From the NCBI GenBank assembly GCA_041393815.1, contig JAWKJK010000006.1, positions 19,002 to 83,001 on the forward strand: DNA of 64,000 nt, in the 5' to 3' direction. Every line of letters starts with the position of its first letter. Positions within the stretch are counted from its first letter, which is position 1. This DNA comes from Candidatus Nanopelagicales bacterium (GTDB lineage Bacteria > Actinomycetota > Actinomycetes > S36-B12 > JAWKJK01). This document shows positions 55,665 to 64,000 of this stretch, in pieces. Made by a program: the position numbers and the translations under genes. A model generated the notes under the pieces. The model made no database searches, was not told where the DNA came from, and saw only the letters and a program-made list of their open reading frames with translations.

Positions 55665-56744
55665 TCAGGACCGGGGGAGGGGCTCGTCGCTGCAGGCCGC
55701 TCGGCCGGCCTCGGCCATGGCGCGGCCACGGCCCACCTCGGTGGGCAGTTGGTGCAGCAGGAGCTCGTACGCGCTCGGGACGAAGGCCAGCGGGAGGCCT
55801 CGGGCGCCGAGCACGCGCTCGCACCAGCCGGTGAACTCGAGGACCACGGTGTCGTCGTCCACCAGGACAGCGGCGGTCACCGTGCGCAGGGTGGCCCGAA
55901 GATCCTCGCGGGTCGCTCTCAGCGCCGCGTCCCTCGCCATGACCTGCGGCCAGGCGGCCACCGCCTCGGCCACGGCCCGCTCCACCATCGACTCCCCGAA
56001 GCGCTCCAGGAAGCGGACCTCGGCGGTGCGGTCCTCGTCCCTCGGGGTGTCCCGAGACGGTGCGGGTGGTTCCCGGAGCGAGCGCATGACCAGGTCGGCC
56101 CCGTGCGAGAAGGTCGGTGCCCACTGGTCGGCTCCGACCGGGGTGGCCCAGCGTCCGTGCGGCCCGAAACCGCGCCCTCCGACGACCACGGTGGTCCCGA
56201 TGCGCCGCAGGGTGGTGATGGCGTGCCAGGCACCGACGAGGGACTGGGACAGGGAGCAGGAGACCGCGACGACCGGAGGGGGGTCGGGACCCAGGTAGGC
56301 CGTCAGCTCGTGCGCCGGAAGCGACGGCCCGACGAACTCGACGTCGATCCCGCGCAGCCGCAGGACGTCGGCCATCATCCGGCCGGGCAGGGAGTGCCAC
56401 TCGCCCTCGCTGCACAGGACCGTGGCCCGTCCGCGCGCCCCCTCCGGGACGGCTCCCGGTAGCGTCCGCGCAGCCGCGACGGTCGCCTCCAACGCGGACT
56501 CGGTGATGGCCGTGGCCCGATGCTCCAGGGCGATGCTCCAGCGGCCCTGCTCCCAGCCCCGGCCGACCTGGGACTGGGCCCGGGCCAGCAGGTGGGTGAC
56601 CACGTCCTCAGCGGTTGCGCCGAGGTCGAGGAGCTCGAGCGCGACGTCGACGGCCGCGCGTCGGTCGCCGCCGCGGATCGCGTCGAGGTACCGACCGAGG
56701 TGGTAGTCGTCCTCGTCGGCGGGGGCCGCCCAGGCGTCGGCCAT
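55665..56744 (-). CDS. Stand-alone cobalamin (B12)-binding domain protein (CarH/AerR-like sensor module without a DNA-binding domain)
   Basis: SD AGGAAG before the ATG. W-x9-EH motif 'GWEQGRWSIALEH' (B12-binding_2). Rossmann B12-binding domain 'VLCSEGEWHSLPGRMMADVLRLRGIDVEFVG...VVAVSCS...VVVGGRGF'. The ~130-aa C-terminal domain is of unknown type. Confidence 0.75.
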   Translation of the reverse strand: MADAWAAPADEDDYHLGRYLDAIRGGDRRAAVDVALELLDLGATAEDVVTHLLARAQSQVGRGWEQGRWSIALEHRATAITESALEATVAAARTLPGAVPEGARGRATVLCSEGEWHSLPGRMMADVLRLRGIDVEFVGPSLPAHELTAYLGPDPPPVVAVSCSLSQSLVGAWHAITTLRRIGTTVVVGGRGFGPHGRWATPVGADQWAPTFSHGADLVMRSLREPPAPSRDTPRDEDRTAEVRFLERFGESMVERAVAEAVAAWPQVMARDAALRATREDLRATLRTVTAAVLVDDDTVVLEFTGWCERVLGARGLPLAFVPSAYELLLHQLPTEVGRGRAMAEAGRAACSDEPLPRS

Positions 56745-56762
56745 GGGGCTTCCTGGCTCCCC

Positions 56763-59700
56763 TCAGCCGTCCTGGGGGAGGTCCGGCCCCCAGCGCTCGT
56801 CGTTCAGCCACGCGAGGACGTCGGGCTGGGCCAGCGGCGGCGAGAAGAGGAACCCCTGGAGGCGGTCCACGCCCAGGTCGGTCAGCGCCCGCGCCTGCGC
56901 GGACGTCTCCACTCCCTCGGCCACGGTCACCGCGCCCAGGGCCCGGGACATCGTCACCATCGCCTGGACCAGCGCGCAGTGCGACGACTCGGGCGGCTCG
57001 CACACGAACGAGCGGTCCAGCTTGAGCTCGTCGAACGGGAAGGTGCGCAGCTGGCCGAGGCTGGAGTAGCCGCTGCCGAAGTCGTCGAGCGCGACCGCGG
57101 CCCCGGCCTCGCGGAGCCGCTCCAGCGAGCGCAGTACGACACCGTCCCTGCTGAACGCCGCCGCCTCCGTCACCTCGACGGTCCACCCGCGCAGGTCGGG
57201 TCCGAGGCAGCGCACCACCTCGTCCAGGAACTGCGGGTGGGTGAGCTGACCCGGTGCGAGGTTCACGGACACGGTCAGGTCGGGCCACCGACGTCGCAGC
57301 GCGGGCAGGTCCGCGACGGCCTGCCGGAGGAGCTGCAGCGTCATCTCGTCCAGCCGGTGGAAGTCCTCGGCCAGTGCGAGGAAGTCGCTGGGCGGGAGGA
57401 CGCCGCGCTCGGGGTGGTGCCACCGCGCCAGCGCCTCGAGCTCGACCGGCCGGCCCGTTCGCGCGTCCACCACGGGCTGGTAGTGGGGGACGATCTCCCC
57501 GAGCTCCAGGGCCCGGGACAGATCCGCCCGCTGCTCGGCGCGCAGCCTCGCGGTGTGCTGCAGCCGGTCGGAGTAGAACACCACCTGGTCGCCGCCGCGA
57601 CCCTTCGCCGAGTACATCGCGAGGTCGGCGCGGTTGACGAGCTCGTCGGCGCCCTCCCCGTCGCTGGGGTAGTGCGCGACGCCGATGCTGGCGGTCACGG
57701 CCAGGGCCGGGGCGAACCCGAGGTCGATCCCCTCCGACACGCTCTCGAGCGCGCGCAGGGCGACCGCGGTGCCCTCGTCGGCCGCCTGCACCTCGACGCC
57801 TCCGGACGCGTCAGCGCCGGCCGTCGGGTCGGCCGAGGCGCGGGTCAGCCGGATCGGGTCGGACATCACGGAGAGCAGCTCCTGGGCCAGCCGGCCACCC
57901 TCGTGCGGGGGCTCGTGCAGGTCGTGCGGGGCGATGACGAGGTACTCGTCCCCGCCGAGGCGTGCGACCGAGTCGCTCTCCCGGGTCGCCGCCCGCAGCC
58001 GCTCCGCCACCGCGGTGAGGACCGCGTCCCCGGCCTCGTGCCCGAGTCGGTCGTTGACCAGCTTGAAGTCGTCGAGGTCGATGAACAGCACCGAGATGTG
58101 CTCGCCGCTGCGGTGCGCTCGGTGGATGGCCTGCCGGAGGCGGTCGAAGACGATCGTCCGGTTCAGCAGCCCGGTCAGCGGGTCGGTCTGCGCGATCCGC
58201 AGGGCCGCCTGCTCCCGGTGCCGTTCCTGCGTCACGTCGAGGATCGTCGCCATGAGCACCGGTTCGGCGCCGGGCTGCAGGGGCGGGGCCGAGCGTACGG
58301 TCAGCCGACCCCAGATCACCTCACCGCTCTTGGTGATGCAGCGCTTCACCAGGCTGTAGCGGTCCCGGTCTCCCCGGAGGAGCTCGCCGAACAGCTTGGT
58401 CTCCTCCGGCAGGTCGTCGGCCAGCGTCAGCTGGGCGAAGTGCATGCCGGTGAGCTCCTCGCGCGGGTAGCCGAACAGCTCGCACAGCGCATCGTTGGGT
58501 CGCAGGATGTGCCCGTCCCTGCTGGTGATGGACATCGCGGCGCTGGACCCCGCGAACACCGCCTCGAGCTGCGCCAGGTGGCCGGCCGCCATGGCGGTGG
58601 CCTGCTCCGCCGCTGTGACGTCGCGGAGCGACACCAGCAGGGTCGCGGAGCCCGGGTCGCTGCCCTCCTCGGGCAGCCCCACGAACGCGATCGTCTGGTC
58701 GACCGTGAGCAGTGACCCGTCGCGGGCCACGTAGTGCGTGCGCGCCGTCACCGGGTCGGCGCCGCCCGCGACCTCGCTGAGCCGGCGCACCGTCTCGGGG
58801 ACCTCGGCGGGCTCGATCCAGGACGTGAGCGGGGTGCCGACCACCCCCTCGTCGTCCACGCGGAGCAGGTCGTGGACCAGCGGGTTGACCCGGGTGATCA
58901 CCCCGGCGGCGGTCAGCGTGAGCATGGGGGTGCCACCGCTGCTGAACGTGGTCTCGGCGCGGCGGCGCTCGCGTTCGGCGACGTCGCGGGCCCGGGCCAG
59001 GTCGGTGATGTCGAGGATCGTGCCCACGCGGTACCGGGGGAGGCCGTGGGCGTCGAGGACCAGGTGGCTGAGCTCGCGGACGGTGCGCGTCTCCCCGTCC
59101 GGTCGCACCACGCGGTAGTCCAGGGGCGAGTCGGTTCCGCCCCCGCCCGCCGTGGCCCGGGTGACGGCAGCCAGGTCGTCCGGGTGGACCAGGCTGCGCA
59201 GCAGGCCGGGGTCCGCCTGCACCTCCTCCGCGGTGACGCCGAAGACGTCGCTGACCGTGTCCGAGACGTAGCCCAGGGAGTCCCCGTCGATGCTGGCGCG
59301 GTAGACGGTGTGCGGCACCGTCTCGGCGATCATCCGGTACTCCTCGTCGCGCACCGACAGCTCCGCCCGGGCGTTGGCCAGCTCGGTGATGTCCGACAGC
59401 GCGATGACGGCGCCGGTGACGGAGCCCCCTTCCTCGTACGGCATCACCTGCAGCAGGTAGGTCGCCGACGTGGACGAGACCTCCCGCACCTCGCCCTCGC
59501 GGGTGGCCATGACCGTGTCGAGGATCGACGGCAGCGCGTCCAGGTCCAGGTTCGTCGGCAGCCTCGACAGCCGGGTCCCGATGTCCGACGCCACCAGTCC
59601 GAACGCCTTGACGGCCAGGGGAGAGAACCGCAGCACCCGCTGGTCGCGGTCCACCAGCAGGATCGCGGTGTGCACGGACGACTGGATGTTCGTCAGGACG

Positions 59701-61856
59701 ATGTTGGACTCGGAGAGCTCAGCGGTGCGCACCTCGAGTGTCTCGTTGACGGTGGTGAGCTCCTCGTTGGTGGCCTGCAGCTCCTCGTTGGTCGTCTCGA
59801 GCTCCTCGTTCGTGGCCTGGAGCTCCTCGCCCGACGCCTGCAGCTCCTCGTTCATCGACTGCAGTTCCTCGTTGGAGGACTCCAGCTCCTCGACCACCGC
59901 CTGCAGGTGCTCGCGGCTGCCCGCCAGCTCCAGCTCCAGTTCCTTGACCCGCAGCAGCAGGTCGGTGACGTCGTCCGCGCCGGTCGACTCGGCGACGACC
60001 GGTGGGACTCGGTCGTGGACGTCCCGGGTCGACGGGGCCGCGACGAAGGACAGTGCCACGTACGGGTCGTCCTCGTCGGCCTCGGCCAGCGCCTGGGCGC
60101 GCAGCTGCCAGGTCTCCGCGCGCCCCTCCGCGTCCCGCAGGACGACGGTGTGGCCGACGGGGGTGGCATCGGACCGGCGCACGCGTGCCAGCAGGCTGCC
60201 GACCTCGGTCCGGAGCTCCGGGACGACCATCCCGGCGAGCGTCATGTCGCCGTCCGCGTCCGGCATGGCGAGGAACCGGCGCACGTCGCCCACGGTGTGC
60301 ACCGGGATCCCGTCCGGGTCCACCAGCACCGTCGCAGGGCCGTACTGGCCCAGCAGGGTGTCGCGCAGCCGGTCGCGAACGCGGTCGCGGGACGAGCGAC
60401 CGCCCGCCGGACGGCGGACCGGGTGCGTGAGGATCGGGGTGCGGGGCAGGCCGGTGTAGGTGGCGATCGTGCTCCCCGGCTTGGTCTGGAAGACCCGGCT
60501 CGCGGCGTCCACCGTGGCGAACAGCGGGGTGTCGGCGGGGATGGACTCCGACCGGCCCAGGAAGAGCAGCCCCTGGGGCGCCAGGGCCGCGTGCAGGTTC
60601 GCCAGCACCTGGTCCTGGACGTCGGGGATCAGGTAGATGAGCAGGTTGCGGCAGCTGACCAGGTCCATCCGCACCAGCGGAGGGTCGCGGGTCACGTCCT
60701 GGCGGGCGATGACGAGCATCTCCCGCAGGCGCTTGTCCACCTGGGCCAGGTCGCCGGTGACGGTGAAGTAGCGGCGGCGCCACTCCTCGGGCACCTCGGC
60801 CAGGGCCGAGACCGGGTAGGTGCCCCGGCGCGCGGTCTCCATGGCCGCGTCCGAGATGTCGGTGGCGAAGACCTTGACCGGCGTGTCGACCTCCTGCTCG
60901 CGCGCGGTCTCCGCCAGGAGCATCGCGACGGAGTACGCCTCCTCGCCGGTGGCGCAGCCAGCGACCCAGGCCCGCAGCGGCTGTCCGGACGACTTCGCGG
61001 CGACCACGGGACGCAGCGCGTCGGCGAGGGCGTCGAAGGACTTGCGGTCGCGGAGGAACCCGGTGACCGTGATGAGCATGGAGTCGCGCAGCGTCTCCAG
61101 CTCCGCGGGGGTCTCGCGCACGTACGTCACGTACTCCGCGGTCGTGCCCAGCCCGAGCTTGGCGATCCGCTTGGCGAGCTGGCGCCCCAGCGTGCCGTCC
61201 TTGTAGCTGGCGATGTCCCAGGCGGTGACCCGCCGGGTCTCTGCGGCCAGCTCCGCCAGGTCGAGGTCCCCGGAGAACCGGCCCACCGTCTCCGGCAGCC
61301 GCTGGCCGGACAGCACGGCGCCGATCGCCGCTCCGATGCCCACCGGGTCCGCGGCGACGTCGACGACGCCCGCGTCGATGCAGGCGCCCGGCATGTCGCG
61401 GTAGCGCGCCGAGGACGGGTCCTGGGCGAAGGTCCGACCTCCCGCGGCCCGGACCGCGCGCATCCCGGCCACCCCGTCGGAGCCGGTCCCCGACAGCACC
61501 ACCCCGATCGCGGCCGGGCCGGCCTCCGCCGCGATGGACGTCAGCAGGGCGTCGATGCTCGGCTGGGGGGAGATCCTCGGCTCGGCCTGGGCCGAGGTGA
61601 GGACCGCGCCGCGCAGGCGTACGTCCCGGTTGGGTGGCGCCAGGAAGACCTCACCGGCGACGAGCGGCGTGGAGTCACCGATCTCCCGGACCGGCAGGGA
61701 GGTCTCCCGGCCGAGGACCTGCAGGAGCAGGCTGGGGTGCTGCGGCGACATGTGCTGGGCCACGACGTACGCGACATCGCCGGCGGGAAGGGCGGGCAGC
61801 AGCTCCCGGAGGGCCTCGACCCCCCCAGCCGAGGATCCGATGCCCACGACCCACAT
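56763..61856 (-). CDS. CheB methylesterase - CheR methyltransferase - coiled coil - multi-PAS - GGDEF - EAL signalling protein (1697 aa)
   Basis: CheB 'VVGIGSSAGGVEAL'. CheR 'WVAGCATGEEAYSVAMLL'. Heptad array NEELQAT x7. Several PAS blocks. GGDEF domain with 'RLGGDEYLVIA'. EAL domain with 'VELEALARW', 'DDFGSGYSSL' and 'ELKLDRSFV'. Confidence 0.9.
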   Translation of the reverse strand: MWVVGIGSSAGGVEALRELLPALPAGDVAYVVAQHMSPQHPSLLLQVLGRETSLPVREIGDSTPLVAGEVFLAPPNRDVRLRGAVLTSAQAEPRISPQPSIDALLTSIAAEAGPAAIGVVLSGTGSDGVAGMRAVRAAGGRTFAQDPSSARYRDMPGACIDAGVVDVAADPVGIGAAIGAVLSGQRLPETVGRFSGDLDLAELAAETRRVTAWDIASYKDGTLGRQLAKRIAKLGLGTTAEYVTYVRETPAELETLRDSMLITVTGFLRDRKSFDALADALRPVVAAKSSGQPLRAWVAGCATGEEAYSVAMLLAETAREQEVDTPVKVFATDISDAAMETARRGTYPVSALAEVPEEWRRRYFTVTGDLAQVDKRLREMLVIARQDVTRDPPLVRMDLVSCRNLLIYLIPDVQDQVLANLHAALAPQGLLFLGRSESIPADTPLFATVDAASRVFQTKPGSTIATYTGLPRTPILTHPVRRPAGGRSSRDRVRDRLRDTLLGQYGPATVLVDPDGIPVHTVGDVRRFLAMPDADGDMTLAGMVVPELRTEVGSLLARVRRSDATPVGHTVVLRDAEGRAETWQLRAQALAEADEDDPYVALSFVAAPSTRDVHDRVPPVVAESTGADDVTDLLLRVKELELELAGSREHLQAVVEELESSNEELQSMNEELQASGEELQATNEELETTNEELQATNEELTTVNETLEVRTAELSESNIVLTNIQSSVHTAILLVDRDQRVLRFSPLAVKAFGLVASDIGTRLSRLPTNLDLDALPSILDTVMATREGEVREVSSTSATYLLQVMPYEEGGSVTGAVIALSDITELANARAELSVRDEEYRMIAETVPHTVYRASIDGDSLGYVSDTVSDVFGVTAEEVQADPGLLRSLVHPDDLAAVTRATAGGGGTDSPLDYRVVRPDGETRTVRELSHLVLDAHGLPRYRVGTILDITDLARARDVAERERRRAETTFSSGGTPMLTLTAAGVITRVNPLVHDLLRVDDEGVVGTPLTSWIEPAEVPETVRRLSEVAGGADPVTARTHYVARDGSLLTVDQTIAFVGLPEEGSDPGSATLLVSLRDVTAAEQATAMAAGHLAQLEAVFAGSSAAMSITSRDGHILRPNDALCELFGYPREELTGMHFAQLTLADDLPEETKLFGELLRGDRDRYSLVKRCITKSGEVIWGRLTVRSAPPLQPGAEPVLMATILDVTQERHREQAALRIAQTDPLTGLLNRTIVFDRLRQAIHRAHRSGEHISVLFIDLDDFKLVNDRLGHEAGDAVLTAVAERLRAATRESDSVARLGGDEYLVIAPHDLHEPPHEGGRLAQELLSVMSDPIRLTRASADPTAGADASGGVEVQAADEGTAVALRALESVSEGIDLGFAPALAVTASIGVAHYPSDGEGADELVNRADLAMYSAKGRGGDQVVFYSDRLQHTARLRAEQRADLSRALELGEIVPHYQPVVDARTGRPVELEALARWHHPERGVLPPSDFLALAEDFHRLDEMTLQLLRQAVADLPALRRRWPDLTVSVNLAPGQLTHPQFLDEVVRCLGPDLRGWTVEVTEAAAFSRDGVVLRSLERLREAGAAVALDDFGSGYSSLGQLRTFPFDELKLDRSFVCEPPESSHCALVQAMVTMSRALGAVTVAEGVETSAQARALTDLGVDRLQGFLFSPPLAQPDVLAWLNDERWGPDLPQDG

Positions 61857-62054
61857 GGACCCGTCACCCCACTCGCGTGCTGCAACCCCACGAACACCGT
61901 TCTTCCCGGACCCTAGGACACCCCCGCGCGACGTCGCTCGCTGACAGCGAGGGTGAGCGGAGGATCGCCGGGATACCCAGGGGGGTACAGCGCGGGCTGT
62001 GGTGCGTGAGCCACGTCATGGCGTACCGGGATGGCGGCGTCCGGCGTCCGGGGT

Positions 62055-62077
62055 GATACTTGCATGGTGCAAGCATC
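62055..62077. promoter_or_regulatory. 23-bp near-perfect palindrome overlapping the marR start codon (candidate MarR operator)
   Basis: GATACTTGCA-tgg-TGCAAGCATC: 10-bp arms with one mismatch. GATACT could double as a -10 element 6 nt upstream of GTG 62067. Confidence 0.55.
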
Positions 62078-62555
62078 TGAACCGCTGGACCCGCGCCGGG
62101 TGGCCCGGGGGGCCGTGGCGGATCCGGCTAACGCCGACGCGGTCGGAGCGCTGGCCGACCTGCTCGGCGTGCTGCAGCGCAGCCGCCTGCTGCGACAGGA
62201 GGGCGCGCAGGCCACCGCCATGCTGGTGCACCTGTCCAAGCGGGGGCCGATGCGCTCGTGCGACCTGGCCCAGGCGATGCAGCTGGACCAGTCCACCGTC
62301 AGCAGGCACCTTCGCCAGCTGACTCAGGCACGGCTGGTCGAGCGCTCGGCCGACCCGACCGACGGGCGAGCCCACGTCGTGAGCGCCACCGCCTCGGGCC
62401 GCGCGCGGGCCGAGCGGGCCATCGTCGACCGGGTCCGTGACTTCGAGCGGGTCCTCGCCTCGTGGTCCGACGTGGACCGCGACACCTTCGCCCGGCTTCT
62501 CGGCCGCTTCAGCGCCGAGCTCGAGAACGACCTTCTTCAGGGAGTCGATGCATGA
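62064..62555 (+). CDS. MarR family transcriptional regulator
   Basis: wHTH 'MRSCDLAQAMQLDQSTVSRHLRQLTQARLVERSADPTDGRAHVV'. The start could be ATG 62064, GTG 62067 or ATG 62031. Confidence 0.85.
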   Translation: MVQASEPLDPRRVARGAVADPANADAVGALADLLGVLQRSRLLRQEGAQATAMLVHLSKRGPMRSCDLAQAMQLDQSTVSRHLRQLTQARLVERSADPTDGRAHVVSATASGRARAERAIVDRVRDFERVLASWSDVDRDTFARLLGRFSAELENDLLQGVDA

Positions 62556-64000
62556 GCAGCAGTCCACCCGAGACCGACCCGTCCGCGGCGGCCGATCCCG
62601 AGCGCGTCCTCGTCGCCGAGGGTGCCCCCGAGCATGACCTGCTGGGCGGGCAGCGGCTACGGCTGGTGCTGGGAGCGCTGATGCTGACGCTGTTCCTCGC
62701 CGCCCTCGACCAGACGATCGTCAGCACTGCGCTGCCCCGCATCACCAGCGACCTCGGCGGCCTGAACCAGCTGGCCTGGGTGGTCACCGCGTACCTGCTC
62801 GCCTCGACCGCCTCGACCCCGATCTGGGGGAAGATCTCCGACATCTACGGGCGCAAGCTGATGCTGCAGTCCGCCATCGTGATCTTCCTGGTCGGGTCGG
62901 CGCTCGCGGGCGCCTCGACGTCGATGGGCTGGCTGATCGTCACCCGGGGTATCCAGGGCCTCGGCGGTGGCGGGCTCATGGTGCTGGTCATGGCGGTCAT
63001 CGCCGACGTCATCCCCCCGCGCGAGCGCGGGCGATACACCGGTCTGTTCGGCGCGGTGTTCGCCGTGGCGAGCGTGGTGGGCCCGCTGCTCGGCGGCTGG
63101 CTGGTCGAGACGCTGTCCTGGCGGTGGATCTTCTACATCAACATCCCGCTCGGGATCGCCGCGTTCTTCGTGCTCGCCTCGGTCCTGCACATCCCGCAGC
63201 ACCGCGTCGATCACCGGGTCGACTACATCGGTGCCGCCCTCATGGTCGGCGGCGTCGTCCTCGGCCTGCTGGTCACCGAGTGGGGCGGGCGCGAGTACGC
63301 ATGGACGTCCCCGACCATCCTGCTGATGGCCGCCGGATCGGTCCTGCTCCTCGTCGCCTTCGTCCGCCGGCAGCTGCGCGTCCCTGAGCCGCTGGTCCCG
63401 ATGTCGCTGTTCCGCAACAAGGTGTTCGGCGTCAGCAGCCTCATCGGCTTCATCGTGGGACTGGCCATGTTCGGCGCCATCATCTTCCTGCCGCTGTACC
63501 TGCAGGTGGTCCAGGGCGCCAGCCCGACCCAGGCCGGGCTGCAGATGATCCCGATGATGCTCGGCCTGCTCTCGATGTCGATCATCTCCGGGCGGCTGAT
63601 CTCCCGGTTCGGCCGCTACAAGGTGTTCCCCATCATCGGCACGGTGCTGGCGACGGTCGCCCTGCTGCTGTTCAGCACCCTGCAGGTGGACACGCCGTAC
63701 TGGAAGGTCGCCCTGGCCATGTTCGTCCTGGGCGCCGGCCTCGGGAACGTCATGCAGGTGCTCGTCATCGCCGTGCAGAACTCGGTGGATCAGCGCGAGA
63801 TCGGCGTCGCCACCAGTGGCACGACGTTCTTCCGGACGATCGGAGGCACGTTCGGCACCGCGGTGTTCGGCGCGGTCATGACGTCGCAGCTGGCGTCGCA
63901 CCTCGCCGCGTCGCTGCCCGCCGGTGCCGCGGGCGGTCTCGACCCGTCGCAGCTGACCAGCGCCATGTCGACGATCGCCGGGCTGCCCGCCCAGGTGCAG
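62552..64000 (+). CDS. MFS transporter, DHA2 (EmrB/QacA) family; 3' end lies outside the window
   Basis: ATG 62552 overlaps the marR stop (ATGA). Contains 'LMLTLFLAALDQTIVSTALPRITSDLGG' and 'GKISDIYGRKLML'. The frame is open to the window end, so it is not listed in the ORF track. Confidence 0.85.
   Translation, partial: MSSSPPETDPSAAADPERVLVAEGAPEHDLLGGQRLRLVLGALMLTLFLAALDQTIVSTALPRITSDLGGLNQLAWVVTAYLLASTASTPIWGKISDIYGRKLMLQSAIVIFLVGSALAGASTSMGWLIVTRGIQGLGGGGLMVLVMAVIADVIPPRERGRYTGLFGAVFAVASVVGPLLGGWLVETLSWRWIFYINIPLGIAAFFVLASVLHIPQHRVDHRVDYIGAALMVGGVVLGLLVTEWGGREYAWTSPTILLMAAGSVLLLVAFVRRQLRVPEPLVPMSLFRNKVFGVSSLIGFIVGLAMFGAIIFLPLYLQVVQGASPTQAGLQMIPMMLGLLSMSIISGRLISRFGRYKVFPIIGTVLATVALLLFSTLQVDTPYWKVALAMFVLGAGLGNVMQVLVIAVQNSVDQREIGVATSGTTFFRTIGGTFGTAVFGAVMTSQLASHLAASLPAGAAGGLDPSQLTSAMSTIAGLPAQVQ

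Noticed and set aside
58734-61916. 1060-aa plus-strand ORF opposite the CheB-CheR-PAS-GGDEF-EAL gene
   Set aside because: It is antisense to a gene with many unambiguous motifs. Its product is an Arg/Gly/Val/Asp-rich low-complexity sequence and no SD or start context supports it.

Overview
This 64-kb window is a high-GC Actinomycetota chromosome segment. Hand-counted 60-nt samples of core genes give about 72% GC; the exact taxon cannot be determined from the sequence alone. I call 57 protein-coding genes, two tRNAs (Leu-UAG and Lys-CUU) and one truncated tRNA-Lys copy. I found no rRNA, CRISPR array, transposase or integrase.

Most long ORFs in the six-frame track that lie antisense to these genes are high-GC artefacts. 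Positions 14.2-20.8 kb reproduce the conserved actinobacterial block clpS-DUF2017-mec-cysO-cysM-murI-MBL-rph-rdgB, comparable to M. tuberculosis Rv1331-Rv1341. Here a methyltransferase sits between mec and cysO, and there is no rhomboid gene.

Other ordinary content:
- an amino-acid ABC importer;
- a GH1 beta-glucosidase with an MFS transporter and a GH18 chitinase-like enzyme;
- dacB, bcp and pxpABC;
- an MMPL transporter and a LemA-DUF2207 pair;
- an ECF sigma/anti-sigma/ABC module;
- MarR with a DHA2-type MFS transporter.

Most interesting observations:
1. A minus-strand operon at 54.4-61.9 kb encodes a 1697-aa CheB-CheR-PAS-GGDEF-EAL protein. Its coiled coil is seven consecutive xEEL heptads matching the chemoreceptor methylation consensus. 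It is followed by a stand-alone CarH/AerR-like B12-binding protein and a prepilin-type protein with a lectin-like fold.
2. A membrane-anchored protein made of six EHLAQAP repeats lies directly upstream of a Co/Ni ECF transporter. That transporter's CbiM, PDGLE (CbiN-like) and CbiQ parts form one uninterrupted reading frame.
3. A 2.9-kb islet bounded by a 56-bp direct repeat of the tRNA-Lys 3' half carries a secreted beta-helix protein.
4. An inverted repeat of about 0.8 kb encodes a shared FN3/Ig-like C-terminal module on two unrelated secreted enzymes. It brackets tRNA-Lys and pxpABC.
5. An array of TTCCC-GGGAA palindromes lies between a TetR gene and an unrecognised secreted 518-aa protein.

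All functional calls rest on motif and family recognition by eye. No database search was run.
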